Shown: positions 20,163 through 29,184 of the stretch, piece after piece
Position numbering within the stretch: the stretch's first letter is position 1
Layout of the letters: each line of letters begins with the position of its first letter
Assembly (NCBI GenBank): GCA_965277285.1
Contig: OZ255721.1
Coordinates: 1 to 64,000, forward strand
Origin: Abditibacteriaceae bacterium
Lineage (GTDB): Bacteria; Armatimonadota; Abditibacteriia; Abditibacteriales; Abditibacteriaceae
DNA length: 64,000 nucleotides
Reading direction: 5' to 3'
Program-made: the position numbers and the translations under genes
The notes under the pieces: generated by a model
What the model saw: the letters and a program-made list of their open reading frames with translations, nothing else
Database searches by the model: none
Told to the model about the DNA's origin: nothing

Positions 20163-22355
20163 ATGCCTGTAGAAAAGATCGCGATTTTAGGTGGCGGCGT
20201 GGCGGCAGTCGTCGCCGCTTACGAACTGACCAATGTTCCCGAATGGCAGAACCAATACGAAATCACGCTGTATCAAGTCGGCTGGCGGCTGGGCGGCAAG
20301 TGCGCCAGTGGGCGCAATCGTGAGAGAAACGACCGCATTGAGGAACACGGTCTCCATATATTGTGCGGTTTCTACGAGAACGCTTTCCATGCGATTCGTG
20401 GCTGCTACGCGGAACTCGCGCAACGCGGCTTGCGCCAGACGGGCGCGCCCAATGCGCGCTGGGATGAGGCATTCGCGCCCAAAGACAATGTGGACTTATG
20501 TGAATACGTCGATGGAAAGTGGCTTCCCTGGACGCTGATTCGTGAACCCAACGGACGTGTCCCCGGCGATTACGGCGAGGGCGCATGCCCGGACAAGCCC
20601 TGGCAATGGGTGCAACGCCTGATCAGTCATATTCTGAAGTTATATGGGGATTCACCTTACGCGTGCGAGGAGTGTGACGCGCCGTTGCATGATGTACCTG
20701 CACGCTATCCCGATTTGTGGCGACAAATCAGCCAACGGTTGGAACAAGCCGCCGTTAACTATGCCTACGCGACGGCGTTCGATGTGGTGGAGATCGCCGA
20801 TAAATTTGCGTTCTCGCTGTCCGACGATGTCGGACAACACATGGACACCGACCACGAGCATATTTTGTGGCTGCTTGACCACTTCATTGAATGGCTGCAT
20901 CGCCGCATCGCAAACAAAATAGAAAGCGATACAGACTTGCGGCGCCTGGTCATCGAGATCGGCTTGTGCTACGCCACGATTCGCGGCATTGTGCGCGATG
21001 GAGTACTGGAAAAGGGTGCTTCGGCGATTGACGACTTCGATTACAAAGACTGGCTCGGGCGTCAACTGGGTGATTGGCCGGGTGACCGCAATTTGATTTT
21101 GCTGTCGGCCATTGTGCGCGGCACTTACGATCTGGTCTTCGGCTTTTTGCACGGCGAAGCGTGGTCGCCCGACAACGACGGCCAGTGGTGCCTGGCAGCG
21201 GGCACCGGTTTGAATTTCATGATGCGCCTGCTCTTCGATTATAGTGGATCGATCTACTATCGCATGATGGGCGGCACTGGCGATGTTATTTTGGCGCCGT
21301 TTTACCAGGTTTTGAAAGATCGCGGTGTGCGCTTCGAGTTCTTTCATCGCGTGCGAAACCTGCAACTCGCGCCCGATAACGCCAACCTGATCGGCGGCAT
21401 TGAAATGGGGCGACAGGTTCGATTGAAAAGTGGGGTTTACGAACCTCTCTACGACGTCAAAGGCCTTCCCTGCTGGCCCAGCGAACCTCTTTACGAGCAA
21501 ATAGACGCCGAACAGGCGCGGCTTCTTCAGAAAAATGCCGTTGATCTCGAATCGCCGTGGACAAATTGGGACGGCGAAGAGACTGTGTTGCTGCAAGCTG
21601 GACGCGATTTTGACCGCATCGTTTTCGGCATTTCTATCGGCGCCGTGCCTTATGTCTGCGCCGAACTTGTGGCCGCCAACGCGCAATGGCAGCAAATGGT
21701 ACAAAACGTCCAGAGCGTAAAAACGATGGGTGTCCAGTTCTGGATAAAACCAACACTCGCGGAGTTGGGATGGGGCGCAGCGCCGGCTATGTTAGATGCG
21801 TTCCGCGAGCCACTCAATTCGTGGGCCGACCATGCCGACCTCCTGCCTTTGGAAAATTGGCCACAGGAAAACGCGCCCGGTGACTTCGCCATTTTGTGCG
21901 GCCCGATGCGCGACGATCCGCTGTCCGCCCCGCCGTTTTCCGATCCACCATTCTCCGACCACCAATTTCCGGCGCGGCAGAAAGAAATTGTACGTACGAA
22001 GGCCGTCCGATGGTTAAACGAATACAGCCGCGATTTATGGCCCAACGCTTCGCCCAACGGCGTGTTCGACTGGAATATTTTAGTGGATGCACAAGAACGC
22101 GTCGGCGAAGAACGCTTGGACGCGCAGTACTGGAAAGCGAATATCAACCCGTCGGAAAGATACGTCCTGTCGCCGCCATCGAGTACTCGATCTCGTCTTG
22201 CGCCACACGCTTCGGGTTTTGGCAACTTAATTGTAACTGGGGATTGGACACTCAACAGCATTAATGCGGGTTGTGTGGAGGCCACTGCGACTTCGGGGAT
22301 GTTAGCGGCACGCGCCATTTGTGGTTTCCCCAGGTTTATTTTCGGTGAGGATTAA
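20163..22355 (+). CDS. FAD/NAD(P)-binding oxidoreductase
   Basis: KIAILGGGVA, GWRLGGKCASGR, IEEHGLH, C-terminal GDWT...GCVEA; AGGAG RBS. Confidence 0.85.
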   Translation: MPVEKIAILGGGVAAVVAAYELTNVPEWQNQYEITLYQVGWRLGGKCASGRNRERNDRIEEHGLHILCGFYENAFHAIRGCYAELAQRGLRQTGAPNARWDEAFAPKDNVDLCEYVDGKWLPWTLIREPNGRVPGDYGEGACPDKPWQWVQRLISHILKLYGDSPYACEECDAPLHDVPARYPDLWRQISQRLEQAAVNYAYATAFDVVEIADKFAFSLSDDVGQHMDTDHEHILWLLDHFIEWLHRRIANKIESDTDLRRLVIEIGLCYATIRGIVRDGVLEKGASAIDDFDYKDWLGRQLGDWPGDRNLILLSAIVRGTYDLVFGFLHGEAWSPDNDGQWCLAAGTGLNFMMRLLFDYSGSIYYRMMGGTGDVILAPFYQVLKDRGVRFEFFHRVRNLQLAPDNANLIGGIEMGRQVRLKSGVYEPLYDVKGLPCWPSEPLYEQIDAEQARLLQKNAVDLESPWTNWDGEETVLLQAGRDFDRIVFGISIGAVPYVCAELVAANAQWQQMVQNVQSVKTMGVQFWIKPTLAELGWGAAPAMLDAFREPLNSWADHADLLPLENWPQENAPGDFAILCGPMRDDPLSAPPFSDPPFSDHQFPARQKEIVRTKAVRWLNEYSRDLWPNASPNGVFDWNILVDAQERVGEERLDAQYWKANINPSERYVLSPPSSTRSRLAPHASGFGNLIVTGDWTLNSINAGCVEATATSGMLAARAICGFPRFIFGED

Positions 22356-22559
22356 AGATCGGCCTGTAAAATTTTCCTGCAACGCAGAAATGTCGTCGCC
22401 TATTTGCTGTGCATAAAGAAGTTGATGTTGAGTAGATTCTCTATCGCGTGCAAAATGACACTGGCTCTTTTCTTCGTGTCTTAAACATTCGCTTTGTTTG
22501 ACAAAGCCTTATTCTTTTACTTCTCTTGTAAAAAGTGGATACCTTCCAAGGAAATCACG

Positions 22560-23861
22560 ATGTCGTTTAATGCCATCAAACCAACAACCGACAGTTCGTT
22601 TCCCGGTGGAGACGACTATAGGAACGCGCCGGAGGTTTGGACGCCGGAGGTTTCCGCGCCGATGATCGCCTCGGGGCTTTCCCTCCCGGCGGATTTTCCA
22701 CCGGTGCATCTGCTTGTCGTGGATGACGAGACAGCGATGGAGCGTCTTTTTACGCAACGTTTCCGGCACCAGATCGCGTCCGGCGAATGGCATTTTTCTT
22801 TCGCGCGAAATGGAATAGAAGCACTGGATATCTTACGTCAGGACGCGACGATCTCGGTTGTTTTGGTGGATCTGAATATGCCGGAGATGGATGGTCTGAC
22901 ACTTTTAAAGAAGATAGATAAGCTCAGTTTACCAGTGCGCTGCATTATCCTTTCCGCTTATAGCGACATGGCTAACATTCGTACGGCGATGAATTGCGGC
23001 GCTTTCGACTTTCTCTGCAAACCGATTGACTTTGAAGATGTAGCGGTCACTCTGGTCAAGACATTGCGTTCGGTTCACGAGATGCGCGAAAGTCATCGCG
23101 CTGCCGAATACCTTCAGACTAAAGAGCGGGCGGAACTCGAGATCAAACGCTTGCAGGATTTGGAACAGCAACGCAAAGAGATAACGACCATGATCGTTCA
23201 TGACTTGCGCACGCCGCTTTCCTCCGTGATCACGGGCTTGCGTATGCTGCTTCGGTCTGGCCCACTGAACGTTGTCCAGAAGGAATGTCATTTTCTCGCG
23301 CTGACTGGTGGCCAACGGATGCTTGACATCGTCAACGATCTGCTGGATGTCGACAAGATGGAAGCGGGATTTTCAGTCTTGCAAATCGCGCCTTTCTCGA
23401 TTCCGCAGCTTATTGAAGAAGCGATCGAGTTGGTGAACGCCTCAGCACAGGACAGCGGCTTGTCGCTGGCGTGCGAGATAGAACCAGATTTGCCGTCTTT
23501 GCCGGGCGACATTGACAAACTACGCCGCACACTCGTCAATTTGTTAGGTAACGCCATTAAGTTTGCACCGCAAAGTGGAATAATCCGCATCGCTGTCCGT
23601 CGGCAGGAAGACGAAGCGATTTTGTTTTCGGTGTCCGATTCAGGCGAGGGCATTCCATCGGGAGCCTTACACAGCATTTTTGATAAGTTTTGCCAGGCCG
23701 GAACGCGTCATGCCGGTCACCGTATGTCGAGTGGTCTTGGCCTGGCGTTTTGTAAAATGATCGTCGAAGCTCATGCCGGGCGCATTTGGGCCGAAAGTGA
23801 AGCTGGTCAGGGCAGCCGATTCTCCTTTACTCTGTCAACCCAGTTAGCTACTGGAAGTTAA
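22560..23861 (+). CDS. Hybrid response regulator-histidine kinase
   Basis: REC: LLVVDDE, VLVDLNMPEMDG, FLCKP. HisKA: VHDLRTPL. HATPase: NAIKF, DSGEG, GLGLAF. Confidence 0.9.
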   Translation: MSFNAIKPTTDSSFPGGDDYRNAPEVWTPEVSAPMIASGLSLPADFPPVHLLVVDDETAMERLFTQRFRHQIASGEWHFSFARNGIEALDILRQDATISVVLVDLNMPEMDGLTLLKKIDKLSLPVRCIILSAYSDMANIRTAMNCGAFDFLCKPIDFEDVAVTLVKTLRSVHEMRESHRAAEYLQTKERAELEIKRLQDLEQQRKEITTMIVHDLRTPLSSVITGLRMLLRSGPLNVVQKECHFLALTGGQRMLDIVNDLLDVDKMEAGFSVLQIAPFSIPQLIEEAIELVNASAQDSGLSLACEIEPDLPSLPGDIDKLRRTLVNLLGNAIKFAPQSGIIRIAVRRQEDEAILFSVSDSGEGIPSGALHSIFDKFCQAGTRHAGHRMSSGLGLAFCKMIVEAHAGRIWAESEAGQGSRFSFTLSTQLATGS

Positions 23862-23946
23862 GACTTATGCTATTAGAGATAATGTTCCCCTTCCTCTCAC
23901 CAGCGACGCGAAAAACTGGCCATGCTCAATTTGGTCGTACGGCCTA

Positions 23947-24372
23947 TCAAATATGCTTTTGCCACTCCAGATGAGCCGAAAGCGGCGCTATCAGGTTCTG
24001 AGGCAGCATCGTGATGCGGTCTTTGTCGCCCTTACCCTGGCGCGATCATGAGTGTGCCTCTGGCAAAATCGAGATTTTTGACACGCAAGCGAAGACCCTC
24101 GGCAAGGCGCAGACCCCACCATATAGGAGCGACACCACCAAATGTTGTGTTGTCGGCATCTGGGCCAGAAGAGAACGGCATTCCGCTTTGGTTAAAACAA
24201 TGGGCATGCGCTTCGATTCTCTGGCACGTGTCACTCCCCGGCGTCCAGTTCCTTTTCAAGGATGTGGCGAAACAAAAACAAGAGGGTGCTGAAAGCGACG
24301 TTTTGCGTGTCTGCCGACACGGCGCTTGTTAGCCAGGTAGGTCAGGAACTCACGGGCCTGTGTTGATTCCAT
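23947..24372 (-). pseudogene. intI: Integron integrase remnant (several frameshifts, catalytic C-terminus missing)
   Basis: Stitching frames on the minus strand gives EFLTYLANKR / VSADTQNVAFSTLLFLFRHIL / RMPIVLTKAEC...SLLYG / GLRLAEGLRLRVKNLDF / RQGKGDKDRITMLP, typical of IntI N-terminal halves. Confidence 0.8.
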
Positions 24373-24499
24373 AGCGGGTGCCCGTAAGCGTACGTACTGT
24401 AGCGTACTCTCACTGCATGCCAAGAGCCTCAATCTGTGTCACCCGTATGTCTTAAAGGTCCCAATGACACCCTTGAACAGGCAAGTGGCTCTGCCCAAA

Positions 24500-24535
24500 C
24501 GTAGGCTGTAGGGAACCGTGCAGCGCCTTATTCAA
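24500..24535 (-). other. Partial attC-like sequence
   Basis: Minus strand aataaggcgctgcacggttccctacagc downstream of the phosphotransferase stop. Confidence 0.45.
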
Positions 24536-24559
24536 TTGGCTTTACAGGCGTTGGAACTG

Positions 24560-25528
24560 TTACCAGCGTATCGGTTGCTCAAACGATTGGCGGAGCACTT
24601 GGAGGAAACCGCTCTTTGGGTGTTCTTCGACAGGACCAAGCCATTTTCTAAGATTCAGAATGAACAGGTAAAGACCGCGCAGACGCAAAAACCAGTCGAA
24701 CTCTTCCTCCCACGTTTGGGAAAGTGGGTTGGCGTGCCGATACCCCTCGAGCATCCACAGGCGGTAGTCACGCCTCTTCTCGTCAAAGACGACCGGAGCC
24801 AAAGCACAAACCAGATCATAGACAAACCAGTGGTAAGTGCAGTCACCGAAGTCAAAAGCCGTGATGCACTGACCATTGCTGCGCTGGCCATCATAGTGGA
24901 AGTTGGCGCAACACAGATCGCCATGAATCAGGCCAAAACTGTTTTCCTTTTCTGGCATCGTTTTTAGCCAAGTTTGCACCCGCCTCAACTCGCTCCAGGC
25001 CGCCGTCTCGCTGGCAGGCAGGAACTGATGCGCATTGAACAAGACTTCATCTTCATTCCACTGCCACCTTTTCGTTCTCGGGGCAATAAATCGCTTGGAC
25101 GCCGCATGGATAGCGCCCAGAGATAGGCCCTACTGGTAGAACAGAGCCTGGTTCCAAAACGCGGAGCCGGCCTGAACACGGGTTCCCAGTGCGGCCTCGA
25201 AGACACAGGCGTGTCAGGTCACTCCATCGAAGACAAACGGTTCGATAAGATGGCCTCGTTTTGAAGACACAGGGCAGCTAACGGGACATCCTTCCCGGGC
25301 CAAGTAAAGAACGAAGTTCAGTTCAGCCAAGATTTGCTCATGACTGCGGTGTCCACCGTGTGCCAATCGGAGGTAATGCCAAGATGCCGAGGCGCTGCGA
25401 CGAAAACGGTAGACAACATTCTCGCTGTTCTGCACATGTTCCAGAAAAGGAGCCGCATCGACACAACGCTGAGCTGCGGCAGTGGGCAAGTGCTCATCCG
25501 TATTCTGCCTTAAATAAGCGTGACCCAT
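24560..25528 (-). pseudogene. APH/homoserine kinase II-like phosphotransferase, frameshifted
   Basis: N-part (SENVVYRF, YLRL, AELNFV) and C-part (LIHGDLCCAN, FDFGDC) lie in different frames. Confidence 0.75.
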
Positions 25529-25548
25529 TTAGTGTAGTTTATCTTCAC

Positions 25549-25648
25549 GGCTTTGCACATAAAGTCTGATTTAGGTACGCATTCGTGAAAGTTTAATCTT
25601 CCAAACTTGCTACGTAATGCTCAAAAAACCGACTTTTTGTGCAAAGCC
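25549..25648. mobile_element. 100-bp MITE with IS5/IS903-like ends
   Basis: 18-bp inverted repeats ggctttgcacataaagtc / gactttttgtgcaaagcc (1 mismatch). Flanks tatcttcac / agtcttcac look like a decayed 9-bp duplication. Confidence 0.7.
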
Positions 25649-25684
25649 AGTCTTCACCAACCGCGATTTATAGCGCACCTACCG

Positions 25685-25772
25685 ACACAACAATGCAGAT
25701 CATCCGCTTCCGAAAGCCGAAGCGAGTCACAATCCAAGGTCGCAGCCAGTCGGGTGCTTCGTCTTATTGTCG
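25685..25772 (-). other. attC-like site
   Basis: Minus strand cgacaataagacgaagcacccgac...ttcggaagcggatgatctgcattGTTGTGT directly after the upstream ORF. Confidence 0.6.
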
Positions 25773-25777
25773 TGTGG

Positions 25778-26291
25778 TTAACTTTTGCCATTACATCCGC
25801 ATGCGAAAATTGTCCACGGCGCTGAATAACTGTGAAATGCCTTCTTAATCGTTTGTCCCGCAGTATCGAGTACTCTGCGCTCGGTCTTCCGCTGCTCGTA
25901 TTCATGCTCCACAACGGCCTTCCAGGTGGGCAGTGTATGACCGGGAATATCGGTTTGACGCGATTCTACGCGGGTGCGATGCTCCGCCAGATTGGAGCAG
26001 ATTATCTCGATTTCAACACAGGCAACTTGGGATTGGATTGCGACATGCCTCACGCGTGATGCCGAGAGGATTGACGGAATCGGCAACGACGCTCAGGCCA
26101 AGACGAAGATTTTCCGATGCGACTTGGTAGGCTATGATATAGCCTACTGGTCCGTCCTCGCTCAGGCCGGAATCCCGCAGGGCTTGTTCAATCGTGTCAA
26201 TCCGAAGATAAATGGAGTGGCTCCGTCGAGCAAGAGCGGCGGAAAGTGTTGATTTGCCAGTTCAGGGTAAACCGCCAAAGATGTAGAGCAT
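25778..26291 (-). pseudogene. AAA_33-like P-loop kinase cassette, nonsense and frameshift
   Basis: MLYIFGGLP*TGKSTL (TGA within Walker A), YLRIDTIEQAL, VVADSVNP, then a frameshift to IEIICSNLAEHRTRVE...LPTW...VLDTA. Confidence 0.8.
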
Positions 26292-26337
26292 GAATTTATC
26301 CACAGTCGTATACCACGCATCCACACTGCGTGACGCA

Positions 26338-26426
26338 AGCCAACAGCCGAGCTCACCTGCTGGAAGCAGAAAGTAAGGAACGACCGGAGCGAAACTGCAG
26401 GTGGCTGAGCATTGCGCCTTGCTATC
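26338..26426 (-). other. attC-like site
   Basis: Minus strand gatagcaaggcgc...cagtttcgctccggtcgttcc...ggtgagctcggctGTTGGCT between two cassette-type genes. Confidence 0.6.
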
Positions 26427-26449
26427 TCGCTCTTGGCGATGTCGAGTAC

Positions 26450-27040
26450 TCACTTTGGGCGGTCGCTCTGCAGAATCGCAGCGATGACGGAATCGTCCCA
26501 TATGGCACTCCTCAATGAATATTGACGTAGAACGCCTTCCTGTTGGAAGCCAGCCTTCTCCAACATTCTGAGCGAGGCAAGGTTTGAAGTTGAAGTAACG
26601 GCCTGAATACGGTGCAATTTCATGGTCTCAAATCCCAATCGAACAACTTCAGTCATGGCTTCCGTCATTAATCCCTGGCCTTGATGCTCCGCCCCAAGCC
26701 AGTAGCCTGTCTCGGCTTTGGATTGATTGGCAAACTCGAACAATTCGCAGTTTCCAATCAGTGCTGCATCACGTTTTGTACAAATACCCCACTTGAGGCG
26801 CGACTTTTTCTTCCAAGCATTGTTTGCAAAACCAATCCACTTGCGAGCCTTTTCTATGGATTCCATCTCGCCGCCAAATGACCAAACTGCTTTTGAATGA
26901 GCCTGTGCTGTCATTTGCTGGTAGTGATAAATCTCTGCATCTTCTGCCTCAAGCTGCCGCAAAACAAAACGTTCCGTTTCCAGAAAGGGAAACTTTTTGA
27001 AAGCATCTGCAAATGCCATAATGTTCTCTATTGTACTCAT
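26450..27040 (-). CDS. GNAT acetyltransferase, RimJ/RimL type; gene cassette
   Basis: LETERFVLR, AETGYWL...GQGLMTEA, NLASLRMLEKAGFQQEG. Confidence 0.88.
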   Translation of the reverse strand: MSTIENIMAFADAFKKFPFLETERFVLRQLEAEDAEIYHYQQMTAQAHSKAVWSFGGEMESIEKARKWIGFANNAWKKKSRLKWGICTKRDAALIGNCELFEFANQSKAETGYWLGAEHQGQGLMTEAMTEVVRLGFETMKLHRIQAVTSTSNLASLRMLEKAGFQQEGVLRQYSLRSAIWDDSVIAAILQSDRPK

Positions 27041-27071
27041 CTGTATGTATTGCACGCGACTACGCCACGCA

Positions 27072-27155
27072 GCGAAACGACGACCAAGATTACCAGCCTC
27101 CCGAAGCGTAGCGAGGAACGAGCGAATGCCGAAGCTGCAATCGGTTGCAGCGCCT
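27072..27155 (-). other. attC site split by the IS110 insertion (remainder at 27581-27587)
   Basis: Removing 27156-27580 restores minus-strand GCTAACaaggcgctgcaaccg...ctcgttcctcgctacgcttcggg...gtcgtcgtt. Confidence 0.75.
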
Positions 27156-27580
27156 CATAGGTTAAGTTTAGGTGTGGCATCAGCAGCGGGACAGAGCGCG
27201 ATGCAGCGCCGGAGAGGAAGTCTGTGGCTTTGATCTCGTGAACAAGAGGACGCGCCCATTGCTGGTGTTCAATCATCTCGGACAGTCTCTGGAAACCGGT
27301 ATTCTTTACCGTGATTTCGACTGAGTGAGGGAGTAGAGTATGAACACCACGCGCCAACCCACCACGCCGTCCCTTGTTTCATCCACCTCCTCATCCACCG
27401 CTCACCTGGGTCTGGATGTGAGCAAGGACACTCTCGATGCCTGCTTGCTCATGGCCGATAAACGTCACGAGAAGCAGTTTGCCAACAACCCTGTTGGACA
27501 CCGCCAACTGTTGCGCTGGGCGCACTCCTTAGCCAAAGAAACGCCTTGCCACTTCTGCTTGGAAGCGACCGGCCCCTACT
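27156..27580 (+). mobile_element. IS110-family remnant (left non-coding end + truncated DEDD recombinase from 27340)
   Basis: HLGLDVSKDTLDA...FANNPVG...CLEATGPY is an IS110 RuvC-like N-terminus. CT dinucleotide lies at both junctions (27154-55 and 27579-80). Confidence 0.85.
27178..27330 (+). ncRNA. Putative IS110 bridge RNA
   Basis: Stem catcagcagcggg/cccattgctggtg closes an internal loop carrying GCAGCGCC (27203-10) and AACAAG (27241-46), which match the flanking target. A second structure holds ACAGTCTCT and TGAG. Confidence 0.65.
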
Positions 27581-27603
27581 TGTTAGCGTGTTGTTGCAGA
27601 CTT

Positions 27604-28113
27604 TCACGCCCGAAGAACTTGCCGGATAAAGTCGCTTTTGGCTTCTGTGTAACTCTTACGATCTTGTGCATTCGTTGATGCCAACTTTTGCTTCAACATT
27701 TCATATTCTACTCTGACAGTCTCGTCCGTCCTGAGACAATCTCGGAATTTCAAGTCATCTTGCCATTGTGGATTTCCAGCAACTTGCATATGAAGATAGT
27801 GAGTGCGGCAAATATCTGAACCCTTGGCGAAGAAATGGTCGCCGTTGCCGCCCTTATCGCCAAAGTATTCGTATCCAGCCTGCACAAGGATGGGAACGCT
27901 CGAGGCAATGGATTGAGCATCGGACACATAAACCTCAATGTCAATGATGGGCTTGGCACTCAGGTTTGGCACCGCTGTGCTACCGATATGCTGAATGTCG
28001 AGCGCCAGTTCACCCAAAAGCTGCTTGAGAAGCTGTTTTTCCGTCTTAAATAAAATGGGCCACTGCGAAGAGTAGGGAGCTAATTTAACCGTGCTACGCT
28101 GTAGTCCGATCAT
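27604..28113 (-). CDS. GrpB family nucleotidyltransferase-like protein; gene cassette
   Basis: IQHIGSTAVPNLSAKPIIDI, HYLHM, FRDCLR, YTEAKSDFI. Confidence 0.9.
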   Translation of the reverse strand: MIGLQRSTVKLAPYSSQWPILFKTEKQLLKQLLGELALDIQHIGSTAVPNLSAKPIIDIEVYVSDAQSIASSVPILVQAGYEYFGDKGGNGDHFFAKGSDICRTHYLHMQVAGNPQWQDDLKFRDCLRTDETVRVEYEMLKQKLASTNAQDRKSYTEAKSDFIRQVLRA

Positions 28114-28360
28114 ATGTTCACCTGTTTGCCCTCCATTGGTTGGATCGTGCGGTTTATGTGTGCAAGACAGAGCGCGAGAGCGGTTGTTTATGAGTATCGC
28201 GTAAAGTTGCCTTAAGTACTGTCGGTTCCACGCGGGGACGTTTGTGATGGGGCGACTTCGAGCAGAGAGCGAATTGGCCGGAACCGACGAGTCCTGTATG
28301 GTGTTGGAGATGCGAAAGAACGGTTCTGTTCTTCCAAATCGCATCACCAAAAGGATAAAA

Positions 28361-28732
28361 ATGAAGCTCGCATCAATTAGAATTGTGACGCAAGACGTTC
28401 CCGCATTGGCCAAGTTTTACGAAAACGTTACCCAACTCGTTGCACAGGGAAACGATGATTTCATTGAGTTCCAGACGTCCGGGAGTGTTCTGGCCATTTG
28501 CAGTCAACGCTCGGTTCAGATGTTTAATGCGAGCGCGGCGGATGCGGCGGCCAATCGTTCCTTGATTTTGGAGTTTCAGGTCAAGGATGTCGATGCTGAG
28601 CGTTCGCGTTTGCAGCCAATTGTCAGTGAGTGGGTTCAGGAACCGACAGATCAACCCTGGGGCAATCGGTCGATGCTGTTCCGCGATCCTGACAGCAACC
28701 TAATTAATTTCTTTACGCCGCTAAAGGATTAA
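28361..28732 (+). CDS. VOC/glyoxalase family protein
   Basis: LEFQVKDVD, DQPWGNRSMLFRDPDSNLINF; AGGA RBS. Confidence 0.88.
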   Translation: MKLASIRIVTQDVPALAKFYENVTQLVAQGNDDFIEFQTSGSVLAICSQRSVQMFNASAADAAANRSLILEFQVKDVDAERSRLQPIVSEWVQEPTDQPWGNRSMLFRDPDSNLINFFTPLKD

Positions 28733-28826
28733 GGCCAAGCTGCCTCATTGAGCGCCTATTCTGCTGTCGAGTAATTTCCAATGCGTAACACAACAGCGAG
28801 TACTCGATTGAAGTGCTCGCTGTTTA

Positions 28827-28976
28827 TTATTGCTCGTCCTTTGCGCTGTTTCTTATCTCGAGACAGCGATCAAAAAGGCTGTGCCAGACGATGCCTTCTT
28901 CGTCGCGGTTCGCGTTCTCTTCTTCAATCAATTCGTTGTGCAACTCTTCGTAAGCCTTCGCCGATTCCTCGTTCAT
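28827..28976 (-). CDS. Small acidic hypothetical protein (49 aa)
   Basis: GGAG 7 nt before ATG; flanked by GAGTACTC palindromes; no family recognised. Confidence 0.4.
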   Translation of the reverse strand: MNEESAKAYEELHNELIEEENANRDEEGIVWHSLFDRCLEIRNSAKDEQ

Positions 28977-29184
28977 TATATTCTCCGGGCTGAGCGGTGA
29001 TGCTTTCTGCTTATCTTTGCCACACGGGAAGCAAATTTTGAGAATGCACGAAAACGTCTGTGCCCTTTCACACTCAAACAACTATCACAAAATGGCACAA
29101 AAAACCGAAGAGCCGCTAATCGAGTACTCGATTGGCGGCCCTTCGTATGCCTCATGCTATTTGTCACGAAGTGGCAAAGTCGCT

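Noticed and set aside
26262..26264. In-frame TGA in Walker A as recoding (Sec, Trp or Gly)
   Set aside because: The same gene also has a frameshift, and TGA ends many intact genes here; a simple GGA>TGA nonsense change is more likely.
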